This document shows positions 11,838-24,631 of a stretch of DNA of 64,000 nucleotides, in pieces. The stretch spans positions 35,216,001 through 35,280,000 of the forward strand of contig OX597822.1 in the NCBI GenBank assembly GCA_951406725.2, in the 5' to 3' direction. Below the pieces are notes generated by a model, which saw only the letters and a list, made by a program, of their open reading frames with translations, was not told the origin of the DNA and did not search any database. A program made the position numbers and the translations under genes. The stretch comes from Octopus vulgaris (Eukaryota). Positions within the stretch are counted from its first letter, which is position 1. Every line of letters begins with the position of its first letter.

Positions 11838-13164
11838 TTTTGTCATAAATATGTGGTTATATGGTTGTTCTGATTTAACGTCGTTCTCAACTTTACGTTC
11901 AAACCAGAAATATTATTCTGAAATTCTGTAAATACCAATGACTGTCTTCATGTTTGAAACCAGTCTCATGTCTTCTGATTTTTCATTCCACACTAAAATA
12001 CTACATGTTTCAAGGACAGAATACAAAAAGACGATGTAAATAACGTTTGAAATCTAAAATATTTTTGAAATGCGTATATACTTATTTTTCGTATGTGCAT
12101 GAGCGTATTTTTCTCTCTGTGTTATGAAAATATGCTTGTGTATGTATGTATATTAATAAATTTATTTCTGTGTGTGCTTAATGGGAAATAAGTTATTTCA
12201 GGTTACTATTCAACTGGAAGTAAAGTTTGGCAGCAGAAATTAAAAGACAGATTCGGCATTACAAACAACCAGGTGTACTTAGTTTCTGTATATGCACTGC
12301 TGGAAAAATGTATATATATATTATTGCTGTATTTTTTACTCCACTCACACCATCTAGGCCCACACTGCTAAATGCACTGGATTTCTAAGACTTCTCAAAA
12401 ATAATGCAAAATTACATCCATACAAAACCAAACATTTCTACATCAAAGAGGAAAACACAAATTCCTAAAAAACATCACTTCACTGTTATATGAAACAGAA
12501 ATTCTATATTCTGAATAGCTTCATCTAAAAATATAATATTCGTTTATATAAGAATTTAGTTTAGTGTCGCAAAAGGCGTTTCTTTTTTGGTAAAATCTCC
12601 ACACGTTTGATTTCTTGTAAGTTTCTTTGCTTTTCCGCATTTAAAAAAAAAAATTCTGTTGTCAAATTTTAGTTCCGGCTGAATGGTAAAATGAAACAAG
12701 TGCTTGCCATGTAAAATAACAGCTGTGTGAAGAATATACATCCAATGTACAATGATTGCATGTTATTTTATCTGCAAAATGAAGAAATGTTTTTGCGTTC
12801 AGCATAGAATTTAACACATACTCTTTGCGCTCGTGTTTAGATTGTTTGTTGTTAAAATCTTAGATTCATTGCAGATAAGCCATAAAATACAATTTAAGTA
12901 ACAAATATTGCACAAAATATATCAAAAGAGCATATGCACCCCTTAGTTTTAGTTGTAAAATTTATTGTAATTCTCTCACTTTCATTAGGAGGTGCAACAC
13001 CTGCTATTGAATATAAAATGAAACATTATTTATTGCATATTTCATGTAAGAAATACATATCTATACAAAGAGATTTCATTGTGATTTACATGAATATTAT
13101 TTTATAAAACACTTAGAAAAGTTACCACGTTCGGCGTACAATTCATTGATTTCTCTATAGAGAG

Positions 13165-13232
<68 letters not shown>

Positions 13233-13813
13233 TGTAGTTTGTTACTGTATTCAATTTTTGATTCAGCATTAAAATTTTTATTTTCGTTTCAATAAAACTC
13301 TAAAATTTTATATTCTGTGTTTCTATGTTTGTTCGGAAATTTAATATTTCACTGCAGTTTCTAAATAACGAAATAATTGTTAATAGTGTGTCTTAAATAT
13401 AAATGTATTCATAACGGCAGTTTAGGCCTCTCCAACACAAGTTTGTTTTCTCATAACTTTTATCAACTGTAGCAGAGATTAATTTTCGAATATGTACATA
13501 ACAATAATGTCATTGAAATTTATTTAAATTTATTTAGTAAGTTATTCAGCTAGAATAATTTTTTAAAACTTTTAACACTTCAACATTTTATTCATGATAC
13601 CTGTAAAAATTTCTGAGTTTATGTTTAGCCTTTTACAATACAGATCAGAAGTACTGAATCCCGAAAACATTAATGAATTAGCTTGCAACAAGAGCAATGA
13701 AATGTTATCCTTCAATCTCATCTTTTCTTCTTTTCTCACATGTTGTGCTACGACAACGAATTTATTCAATATATAAAATAGCATGAACCTTGCTGAATCA
13801 TGGCTGAGTGAAA

Positions 13814-14115
13814 CAGGCGTGGCTGTGTGGTAAGTGGCTTGCTTCCAAACCACATGGTTGAGGGTTCAGACCCACTGCGTGACACCTTGAACAAGTGCCT
13901 GTGTGTATGCGTGTGTGTGTCTGTGTTTGTTCCCCACCACCTCTTGACAACCGGTGTTGTTATATTTATGTCCCCTAAATGGTTAGGTAAAATAATTCGA
14001 TCGAATAAGTACCTGGATTTAAAACTGCACTGGGGTCGACTCATTCGACTAAAACGTCCGCCAGGCGGTGCACCGGCATGGTCACAGTCTAATGACTGAA
14101 ACAAGTAAAAGATAA
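13814..14115 (+). mobile_element. SINE family A, internally deleted
   Basis: Head plus tail GGCGGTGCACCGGCATGGTCACAGTCTAATGACTGAAACAAGTAAAAGA. Confidence 0.85.
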
Positions 14116-14118
14116 AGG

Positions 14119-14169
<51 letters not shown>

Positions 14170-14390
14170 GGTGGGGTGAATGTGTGTATGCCAGCGTGCG
14201 TATATAGCCATCAATGTATCACACTCAATCTATAGACACGCTCATAGGCCACTTACTGAGGGATTTGTCTTGTGATATATGTTATGGACGCCCATAAGAT
14301 AAGCTATCTCAGGAAAAAAACCTGCAGTAGCTGGCCAATGACCGTTAGATGTCTACATTAATTAAATACTGCCACAATTCCGTAAACATG

Positions 14391-14475
<85 letters not shown>

Positions 14476-15294
14476 ATGTGTGTTTGTGTATGTATATAAA
14501 GTTCTTACGCACGTTTCATCGTTATGCTTCTTTCGAGTCCTACCTTAGAACTTCCAAATCCCTGCTGATGCCCAACACCAATTCTCAGAGAAATTTTATT
14601 GTATCCAGTTACAGATATCTATCAAGTTTATCTGTAACATGATACAATAACTGTTTCCCTGAAAATCCGTCGTGGTTCAGCATTTATATGCATTTGGGAC
14701 TTCTATGAGGGGGCTCCGAGCAACCCGAATGAGGAGACGCGCCTAGAAACTTTAATAAAATTTTAATTTTATCCGCTTTATCTGAGCTGCGGTGTTTTCA
14801 TTGAAAGTATTCCTAAACTGTTTTATTCCAACAAGGTTAGGACTCATTATAACTGAATCTTAGCTATGTTATTATAACCATTAAATAATAATTTTATTGC
14901 AAGCATCTGTAAGTTATTTCATTGCAGGCACAACTGAGTCTTGTCATTGAAACTAACAATTTTAACTATTTCGATACTACTAATATTAAACGCCGTCGAA
15001 ATGTTTTTCTGTCGCTTTACTTTATCATTTTATTTGAGCTATTCATTGGAATGCGACCAAACTGGGTCACAGTTTTGAAGGGTTAAGTCTAACAAATGAA
15101 CGCCAGCACTTATTCCTTGCTCTTATTCTATTGCACTTTTTTGCTAAACCGCCATGTTACTGAAACGTATGCAAGCCAACACTGTCAAGCGGTACGAGGC
15201 AACAAACACAAAAACACATATACACGTGTATATCATGTACATATAAATGTATCTCTATGTATGCAGATACGAGAGCAGAGGCGCGTGGCTAAGT

Positions 15295-17748
15295 GATTAG
15301 TACATTTTGTCCTCCTGAGAAGCATCGTGGTTTTTCCAGTTCTCTCGATCTGGAAATTACAAGCGACAAGCCGCCTGCATTTTATTGCCAACTCAGTAAT
15401 ATTCACCTGAAAAGATGCATCGATAATAATATCGATAAACAATCCCTCCTGCGCCGGCGTTTCGTCTCTGCATTTCATTCAGCTTTGAGTGCAGGTAACG
15501 CAGGGCTTCGAATTTTGCAGAGTTAAATTATACAATTAAATTGACGCATATCTCACAGTTGGGTCTTCCGCATTTTTTTGCTGACGGCTTCCGTGTTGTT
15601 GTTGAGCGTATTCAGGCTTGTATCAGGAGATTTTTCATAGATTTGGGCTGTCTCTTGCTTTTTATGATGGTGTGTGTTTGGAGGATTAAGTTCATTCTGA
15701 GGCCCTTTTTTAACAGGGGAATGTTTTGAAGGATGGTGTCGAAGGCTTCATTGTTAAGAGGGATGTGTGTGGAGATGAATGGTAGGGCTTTTGGTTGTAA
15801 ATCCTTCTTTAATTTGGGATATCTGAGTTCATGGATGTCGTATTGTAGGGCACGTTGAAAGCATATGTCAATTAGTTAAGGTGGGTAGTTGCTGGTGATG
15901 AGTGAATCCTTTAGTTCATGTCGTCGTATGTCCCTGGTGCTTGCATTAAAAACTATAGTACTTATTCTTTTTGCTAGGTTGAAGGGAATTTTCATTCTGC
16001 TGTGTCTGGGCAGACATGATTTGAACGGTAGATATTGCGTGGAGTTTGTGGGCTTATAGTATATATATGTGTTTCTATTATGTTGTTAGTTTTCTCAATG
16101 AGGATGCCAAGTAAGGGAAGTTGTTAATGGCTGTATTCCATATTGAATTGAATGTTTATGTAAAGTCCATTTATAAGTGCTTGAAGTTCTTTAAGTCTTT
16201 CTATACTTTCATGCCAAAGAATTAAAGAGTCATCCAAGGATCTCTTCCAGTTATTTTCTATGTAGAGGGAAAATAGGCTGCCGTATTTTTTTACAGCCTT
16301 TCCATAAAGACTAATTTCTTGATATCCCATGACTAGGTTAACAAAGCAGAGGACCAATCTCGAATCCATCGTAGTCCCCGATTTTTATCGATAGAAGTTG
16401 TCTTTCAAGACGAAGTAGTTATTCTCCAAGATAAATTTAAGCCCTTCTATCACGAATTCTTTTTTGATGCGATGTGGGAGTTCGTAGGCAAAATTCTCTA
16501 GCCAGAATTGAATTGTCTCTATTCCTAGGTTATGGGGGATATTGGAATAGAGGTTGACTACATCGAAGGATACTAGTAGTGTGTTTTTGTTTATTGTTTC
16601 AGGAAGGTGATTGAATAGATCCAGATCGTCCCTTATGTAGCTTTTGACATGCTTGAGGAATGGTTTTAAGGGGGTATCCAAAACGTTGCTGAGGTGGTGG
16701 GTTTCGCATGCGGGACCTGCTATTATAGGTCTCAATTTGAAGTCATTAGGAGTTGGGACTTTGATTATTATGTCTGTGGCTATCTTGCATGCGTTACTTA
16801 TTTTCTCCCTTTTGTGTATCTTGGGAATACCGTAGAATTGACTGGTTTTACATTTGAAATTGGTCATATAGTCATATTCTTTGTCGGTGAGCACTTCTCT
16901 GTATAGGTTTAACATAGATTTTAGGTCTCTAATTATTTTCTGCTGACTGTAGTGTTGGACCTTTTCATATTATGTTGTCTTCTAATATGGATAGTACTAG
17001 AGTTGTACAGTATACCGTGCCCATTAAGACAATAGCACTCCCTTTATCAGCCTCTTTGATTGTTATTGTTTCGTCATCTTTAAATTTGTTCAGCTCAGCC
17101 CATTCTCTTTTGCTGAAGTTTGGTTTGTGTTTTTGTTTGGGCATATTTTGATATGAGTAATTCGAGATGTATTCACAGAAATGATCAAGAGTTTTGTTCT
17201 TACTTTTTGAGGGGGTGCAATTCCTTCTATTTCGGACCAACGATTCGTCCTCGTTGTGTTTATCGCATAGCTCCTCAGCGAGTCGTAATTTTCTACAGAA
17301 ATCCGTTATGTCTTCTATCATTTCGTTGTAGTTGGGGCGTTGAGGGGTGGGTGGAAACTTGAACCCTTTGGAGAGTATATTGATTTGCTTTGCTGTTAGT
17401 CCTTTATGAGTTAGCTTGATAATTTTTATCACTTTTGGTTCCTCCTGCCTGTTTGGTGCTATCTCGTGTCTCTGTGTTTGCGTATTGGTCTAACAAATGA
17501 TTGCGGTGGTTGGAACGATAGCTGTTATGCCGTTATTCCTTATTGTTGCGGGGTGCTGTGTTGTGATTTATGGTGCGGGTTCTTGGAACGGTATTGTAAG
17601 CTGTGTCCCAATATCCCATGTTCAGATGTGGTGTTTTAGGGGGCCGTCGTTGGTAATTATTGCATGTGGTACGAGTTTGCTGTGCATGGTTGTTTACTAG
17701 ATTGTTGAAACGAAAATTTCGTTGGTGACTCCTTATGTGGGGGGAGGT
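15295..17748 (-). mobile_element. Penelope-like retroelement, disrupted RT ORF
   Basis: LSKGFKFPPTP, EADKGSAIV, FYGIPKIHK, LRPII, VSFDVVNLYSNIP, WKRSLDD, YYKPTNSTQYL, KRQPKSMKNLL and KCGRPNCEIC in successive minus-strand pieces; multiple stops and frameshifts. Confidence 0.93.
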
Positions 17749-17759
17749 TATATATATAT

Positions 17760-17796
<37 letters not shown>

Positions 17797-18423
17797 GAAA
17801 GAGAGAGAGGTACATATACACATATGTATATAAATATTACGCAACATATATATCTATATATGTATATATAAATATATGTCTATATGAATATGCATACATA
17901 CATACGCATATACATGTGCATACGCATACATAGAGGCATATACATTTGCATACACGTATACGAAAATTGAATAAACAAGGGCAAATCACCAGAGGAGGAG
18001 AAAATGAGATATTTTTGTTTCAGTATTAAATTTTTTTTATCACTATTTAAAAGTTCTTGCATGACTTCAAGTTGTTTTATTTCTGTCTTTAATGTAGCAA
18101 ATGTTAAGATGTTATTTCTTTAACATTTCATTTCCCTTTCATATTTCTCTCAATTACGACTATCTATACGTTTCAAAACACGATAATGTAACACATTGGG
18201 AGATGTTACTGAGAAACACACACACAAACACACACATGTGTGTGTTTGTGTGTGAGTGTGTGTGTGTAGTTATACATAATCACAAAGACCTGAGAAAATA
18301 TTTGTATTACATTAAGAGGAAACTTCTCGCTCTTTCTTGAAAGTTAAATTTTAGTACACATTGCGTAATCTAACCTAATATGCATATATATATAAGTATA
18401 TACGTGCGTATATATATATACAT

Positions 18424-18468
<45 letters not shown>

Positions 18469-19058
18469 TATACACATATACATATACACATACATATATA
18501 CACATATACATATACATACATATACACACACACATATATATACACACATATATATATACAAACATATATACATATATATATATAATATAAAATTGGATTT
18601 AATCCTAAATCTGATTTTTTTCCCTGTAAATTTGGATTTATTCCCTAATATTTATTATTATATATACATATATATACATATATATATCCTTACATATATG
18701 TATATATATATATACATACATATATACACGCGTACGCACACGCACGCATACAAATATATTTGTATGTAATTCATGTACTAATACGAGAATATTTTCATAT
18801 TACATTAAGTAAGAGAAAAACGCTGGAAGAATTGAGTTTCTTCAATTTCGTATGTTTGTAATATATTTATAGTTAAAACTTTTTTATACAAAAATTTTTG
18901 TATGCTGCTTCTCGTAAGGATAGGACACATTCTCAACGGGAGTAGCCGCAACTCGGACACGGACATTTATTAAAGTGTATAATGCATAACGGAGATATGT
19001 GCAGTCATTTACGGGCAGCTTTCGCATATGTTATCAATTTCTTCATATTTTGAAATAA

Positions 19059-19129
19059 TTTAACTGAAGAAGGTTTAGGTAATGGATGTATTTCCAGTTA
19101 TGTAATCCGCAAACCAGAAACGTATTAAA
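19059..19129 (+). ncRNA. Minimal type I hammerhead ribozyme motif
   Basis: UUUAA-CUGAAGA-A-GGUUU..AAACC-A-GAAA-CG-UA-UUAAA; 5-bp helix I and helix II. Confidence 0.65.
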
Positions 19130-19200
19130 TCATCTCAAAATATTACTGTTTGGTTTCACTTCATTATTACAACTTATGTATAAGCGCGAGTGTGTTTGTG

Positions 19201-19394
19201 TTAGGTAGGTAGGTAGGTAGGTAGGTAGGTAGGTAGTTAGGTAGGTAGTTAGGTAGGTAGGTAAGTAGGTAGGTAGTTAGGTAGGTAGGTAAGTAGGTAG
19301 GTAGTTAGGTAGGTAGGTAGTTAGGTAGGTAGGTAGGTAGGTAGGTAGGTAGGTAGGTAGGTAGGTAGGTAGGTAGGTATGTAGGTAGGTAGGT
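19201..19394. repeat. (TAGG)n microsatellite
   Basis: Direct reading. Confidence 0.95.
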
Positions 19395-20726
19395 GTCCCT
19401 GCCTTTTCGAATATAATTCAATATATTTTCCATTTGTTTTACTTGTTTTATTCTATTTTATTTCTGTTTTATTCTGTTTACATGTACTGGGTGACACATA
19501 AGAAATGCTTATTATATGTTAGAAAGTGAATTAGCGATCGCGTGCCAATGGTAGTATGTGCGTTTGGATGTTTTTATATTTCAGAGAAGGAAGAAAGAAT
19601 CAGAGTATTATACATAATGGTTGTTTAAATTCCTGGCTTAGAATTATTTTAAAACTTATGAATTATTAAGAGCCATGTATATTCATTTTATCTAAATTAT
19701 CTTTGCAATATATATAATTTTTTTTTACTTACAAACATCTTTCAGACATTTCCTCATTATCTGCAGCAATTAATAATCAAATTTATAATTAAATTTCTTG
19801 AAAGTAGCAATTTAATATTTCCCACGTCATTTCCATTAAATATTTCGTATTCTTATTTTCCTTTAATTTCTTGTATGTTTATAATCAGTTTTCTATATTT
19901 CCTCTGCATATTCTTGAGAACAAAAGAAATCTTGGGAAATAGAAGTAAATGAGAAAAGAAATAACTAACATGAACGAAAGGAAATGGAAATAAATCTCTA
20001 AAAAGAACTTAATAAAATATTTGCCATTTTAAATGCATTATTAATAAATGTGTTTCGTGTGTTTTCACCTTTACTTTCTTGCAGTTTTGTGTAAGTTTTG
20101 ACACTGCTGTAGTGTTTCATCGTTTTGCAATGTAATTTTGGAAGCACAAATACGCAATCGTTACGGATGATAAGAAAACTAATTTATAGCATACCTCTAA
20201 CTCCACTAGGCACGAACACACAGCTAAACATCTTTAATATTGCTACAAATGCTCGTCCACGAAATCTCTGATGATCTTTAGTAGAAACCTATCATATATA
20301 TCTTAGTTAAACCCACATTGTTATTTCAATAATTTCTTTTCACGATTAGCAAATACTCCAGTTTATCCTCTAGAATGTAAAACCTAAATTCGCTTTCTGC
20401 TGACATTTATGCGACCAGGAAGCAACTACAGGCAATTCGAGTAATATGCAATGCTATTTCAATACACAATACCTAAACCGCTGAAGTCACTTAAAGCCCA
20501 GATAGTAGTTTTATCTGGTAGTGTACGTCTATACCAGAGAACGCCTCTCTGTGGTGTTTGCATACGCAGATGCATGGGCATCAGCAAACAGCCTAGCAGC
20601 GCATTTATAAAATACTTATAAGGTGGGCGCTCGTATTTGAATGTGTGCATATATACAAATGGAGTCATTTAAAATGTTCATTAACTTCACCGGTTTCACT
20701 TATTTAAAGATTCTCTAAAGTAAAGT

Positions 20727-20910
20727 ATAAGACTTTGTGTATCCTCTGTGGTGTCAAAATCAGTTTAGATAAATGCATGCAAATCAAGTGATTTGACAAT
20801 GGTAAGTGAAATTTTAAGGCTTTGTATATCCTCTGCGATGTGTCAAAAAATAGTTTATATAAAAACATTCAGATCAAGTAATAAAATTTTTTACAATGAT
20901 AAGTAGATAA
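20727..20910. repeat. Diverged tandem duplication, about 90-bp unit
   Basis: CTTTGT.TATCCTCTG...TGTCAAAA..AGTTTA...ATCAAGT...ACAATG.TAAGT occurs twice. Confidence 0.7.
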
Positions 20911-21585
20911 AAATTAGAAGATACGAAGTGTCTTATGCGCAAACACAAAAACACAAACACACACACACACACACACACAATCATAAAAAATATGCGTTCA
21001 TCTGCTTAGTCTGTAGGAGTTTTTCATCTGATGAAAAGATAAACTCTGTAATGTTCCTTTTTCCCAGAAGATATTTCCCAGAATAATTTAATTTATATAT
21101 ATTGAATCTCTCCATTTTCAAACTTATCAATAATATTTGACGTTTTATAATACTTTCATTGAAGAAATATCTTTCCAGCACATAATATATTAAACCAGGG
21201 TAGCATGGATAAAACTATCCCAATAGAAGGTTTAAATATCCTCATAGTGTATATATATTAACAAAATATATTGTTTGTACGGAAAATATACAGGTTGTAC
21301 GGAGAACCGCATGAACAGAAAAGCACAACAAACAGAAACCAACAAAACACAGCATGCGGGAAAATAGACGATAGCACGACAAACGGCAAACAGGACAAAA
21401 AACATACGCAGATCATTAGCAGCCGATTAGCTCATCAGTCGGAGTCCGGAAAGTCCTTGTAGTTCCACCCCTTTGTTTCCCATACTACTCGAATCCGGCG
21501 GTGCCAAAGACTTTAGCTAAAAACATCAAGCCTCGGGAATGGCAAATAGATGTATAGAAGAACGATAACAAGAACAGAAACCAAG

Positions 21586-21620
<35 letters not shown>

Positions 21621-22416
21621 GATAAAACTTACTTTAGAAGTGGATGCGTACGTTCTATCATGTAATAACAAAATAATAAAACATATGCATATATACATAC
21701 ATATATGTACGTACCTACATCTATATGTATATATACACCAAAAAAACGTCGAACACAATTAGAAACGAAAACAAACACAAAACCAAGGAAATGAACATTT
21801 TTCTTAAACAACGGAAAAAAAAGAGAGTACAAGACATACAACACAAAGAAACAGTCCCCTTCTCCAGCCGCCTCTGTTTCATCTACTCCGCGTTTCGAAG
21901 GTAAACCGAGACACGACTTCGTTGAAACAGTCCTTCCCGCAAAAAGCAAATTAAATAAAATTTGAGATTTTTTTGCGGAGAGGTAAAAATGGTAACAAAA
22001 CCAGTACAGTAAAAACAATACAAAATATAAACAGTAAAAGACAGGACAAGAGAATAACAGTAACACGAACATTGAAGGCTGTTAAGCCAGAACGAATGAG
22101 AAAATATTTTGAACGCTTTGAGAACGGCGAGAGAGACAGGGAAAGCTGTCCAGACTTGAAGGAAGCCAGGTCAGAAAGACAGTAGCAGCTTCTCGTCGCG
22201 TGTCCGCGACGGGAGGGAGGAGGTGGAGTAAGAGAAAGGGAGAGAAAAAAGGGAAGGGTTGTAGAGAAAACCAGAAAGAATGAAGAATGAGAGAGGGAGT
22301 GGGACAGAAAGGTTAAGAGTGCGCATCATTATTAATATTAAGACAAAACTTACTTTAGAAGTAGATGCGGGCGTTCTATAATATAATAACAAAATAATAA
22401 ATAAAACATATGCATA

Positions 22417-22798
22417 TGGAAGCACTCCGTCGGTTACGACGACGAGGGTTCCGGTTGATCCGATCAACGGAATAGCATGCTAGTGAAATTAACGTGTAAG
22501 TGGCTGAGCACTCCACAGACACTTGTACCCTTAACGTAGTTCTCGGGGATATTCAGCGTGACACAGAGAGTGACAAGGCCGGCCCTTTGAAATACAGGTA
22601 CAACAGAAACAGGAAGTAAGAGTGAGAGAAAGTTGTGGTGAAAGAGTACAGCAGTGATCACCACCATCCCTGCCGGAGCCTCGTGGAGCTTTTAGGTGTT
22701 TTCGCTCAATAAACACTCACAACGCCCGGTCTGGGAATCAAAACCTCGATCCTACGACCGCGAGTCCGCTTCCCTAACCACTGGGCCATTGCGTCTCC
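22417..22798 (-). mobile_element. SINE family B, full length with 11-bp target-site duplication
   Basis: ACATATGCATA at 22406-22416 and 22799-22809; an uninterrupted version of the host repeat is at about 21618-21740. Confidence 0.92.
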
Positions 22799-23105
22799 AC
22801 ATATGCATAGATACATACATATATGTACGTACCTACATCTATATGTATATACACATGCATATATGGGTACAATATATATATATATAAGTTCAGCAAAATT
22901 TGAATTCAGATAAATATGGTACTTAAGTTAAAGGCACTAGAATTGTGTATGGTATTATCCATATAAATCAAACGGGGTGATTATAATCAAACTAAGCAAC
23001 AAGGATATCCAAGGTAGAGTAGTACAGTTATTTCATGAAGTAGCATGAAACAATTTTGCTACACTACCTTCGATATCCTTGTTGCATATTTTGATATATA
23101 TATAT

Positions 23106-23377
23106 ATTGCAAGCCCTTTCTATCATCTCTTTCAAAGAAAGATGCAAAAGAAAGGCATCGGTGCTTTGCGTCAGGAGAAAATGTAGAGGAAACTAGGACT
23201 GAATCTGCGTCCTGGTGATAGTGCGTCCAACAATGTTGTGGCCAAGGTGTTGGACGTACTATCACCAGGATGCAGATTCAGTCCTAGTTTCCTCTGGCAC
23301 ATTTTCTCCTGACGCAAAGCACCAATGCCTTTCTTTTGCATCTTTCTTTGAAAGAGATTATAGAAAGGGCTTGCAAT
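23106..23377. repeat. Long near-perfect inverted repeat (about 128-bp arms, 15-nt loop)
   Basis: ATTGCAAGCCC...GTCCAACA (23106-23232) is inverted at 23248-23377. Confidence 0.9.
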
Positions 23378-24302
23378 GTAGATTCTACTATCATAACTGA
23401 TGAATGTGATAAATATTCCCTTAAAATACCGTGAATAGAAGTGATGAAATGTTAAGATGATCTAAAATGGGCATATTATCTTTTTGCAGGAAGTAGATAT
23501 TAAACCTTTTGTTGCTTTGCTGCTGGTTATATTGTGCATTGATGCACTATGCATGTGTGTATATATAGGTGTGTGTGTGTTTCTTTGCAGGAGTTTTGTG
23601 TATGCTTTATATGAATATAGCATATTATACATACAGCATGAAAGTACTAACAAAAGAGAACTCTAGATATATTCATATACACATATTAACATACACGTAT
23701 TCACAAACTACAAACATGCATACACACACACAGTCATACAAACACACACATGCATATATATTATATAAACATATATTTGAGAATGTATGCATATATATGA
23801 TGCATTTCTAATAATACATCTATTATCTTTATATATATATATATATATAGTTAAACATGCATAGATATACATACATTTATATATGTAAATATATATATAT
23901 ATGCATAAATGTGTATGCGTGTGTGTGTGTGTATGTGTGTGTATACGAGCGTGAAAAGTTATAACTTGTCCTGAGGTCTGCTTCCTTTTATCTTATTTAA
24001 CTGACAAAGCATCTGCTTGGTTTTAATGACCTTTAGGACTTATCTTGGCTACAGCTTCTCTATGCTTCTTGAACTTCTTCTTAGCAAGTTCTAGCTATAT
24101 ATGTATATATACATAGCTATAAATTAATTAAGATAACTTTGAAATAATCGAATCGTTTTATCTCATTGCCTCACGCATTCCCGTTATAATTCTTATTTCT
24201 CTATAAACTTGAATTTTATGTTTGAAAATACTATTTATCCAATATGCTACTGGATTCGTGATCATCAAGATTTCACTACACCTGTTTATACCTGTTTACA
24301 AT

Positions 24303-24383
24303 TTTACCTGAAGATGGTAGTTTTATTTTATGGTGTAACCTACAAATGCATCAACAAAGTGCTACCGAAACAACTGATGTAAA
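24303..24383 (+). ncRNA. Hammerhead ribozyme relic
   Basis: UUUAC-CUGAAGA-U-GGUAG..CUACC-GAAA-CAACUG-AU-GUAAA; core intact, cleavage triplet non-canonical. Confidence 0.6.
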
Positions 24384-24631
24384 TTGTGAACCGCATTTGG
24401 GTTCCTTTTATAACTACGCCGCAGCTAGAAGCAGCACTGGGTCAGATCTACGGTTTAAGATGCATTGTTACTTAGACATCTGCAGCATCCTACAGGCTGT
24501 TTCACATCATTGTGAACCTTATGTTATTGAACCTATCCATTTCTGGCGTCTTACATCTTGATATGCTGCCTACAGTCTAATGAATCATAAAACTAATATC
24601 TATCTCTGTCTCTCTTTATACAGAGAGACGT

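Noticed and set aside
19201-19394. Possible interstitial telomere repeat
   Set aside because: The unit is TAGG with occasional TTAGG; no TTAGGG array.
20514-20538. Short hairpin TCTGGTA..TACCAGA as a miRNA candidate
   Set aside because: A 7-bp stem is far too short for a pre-miRNA.
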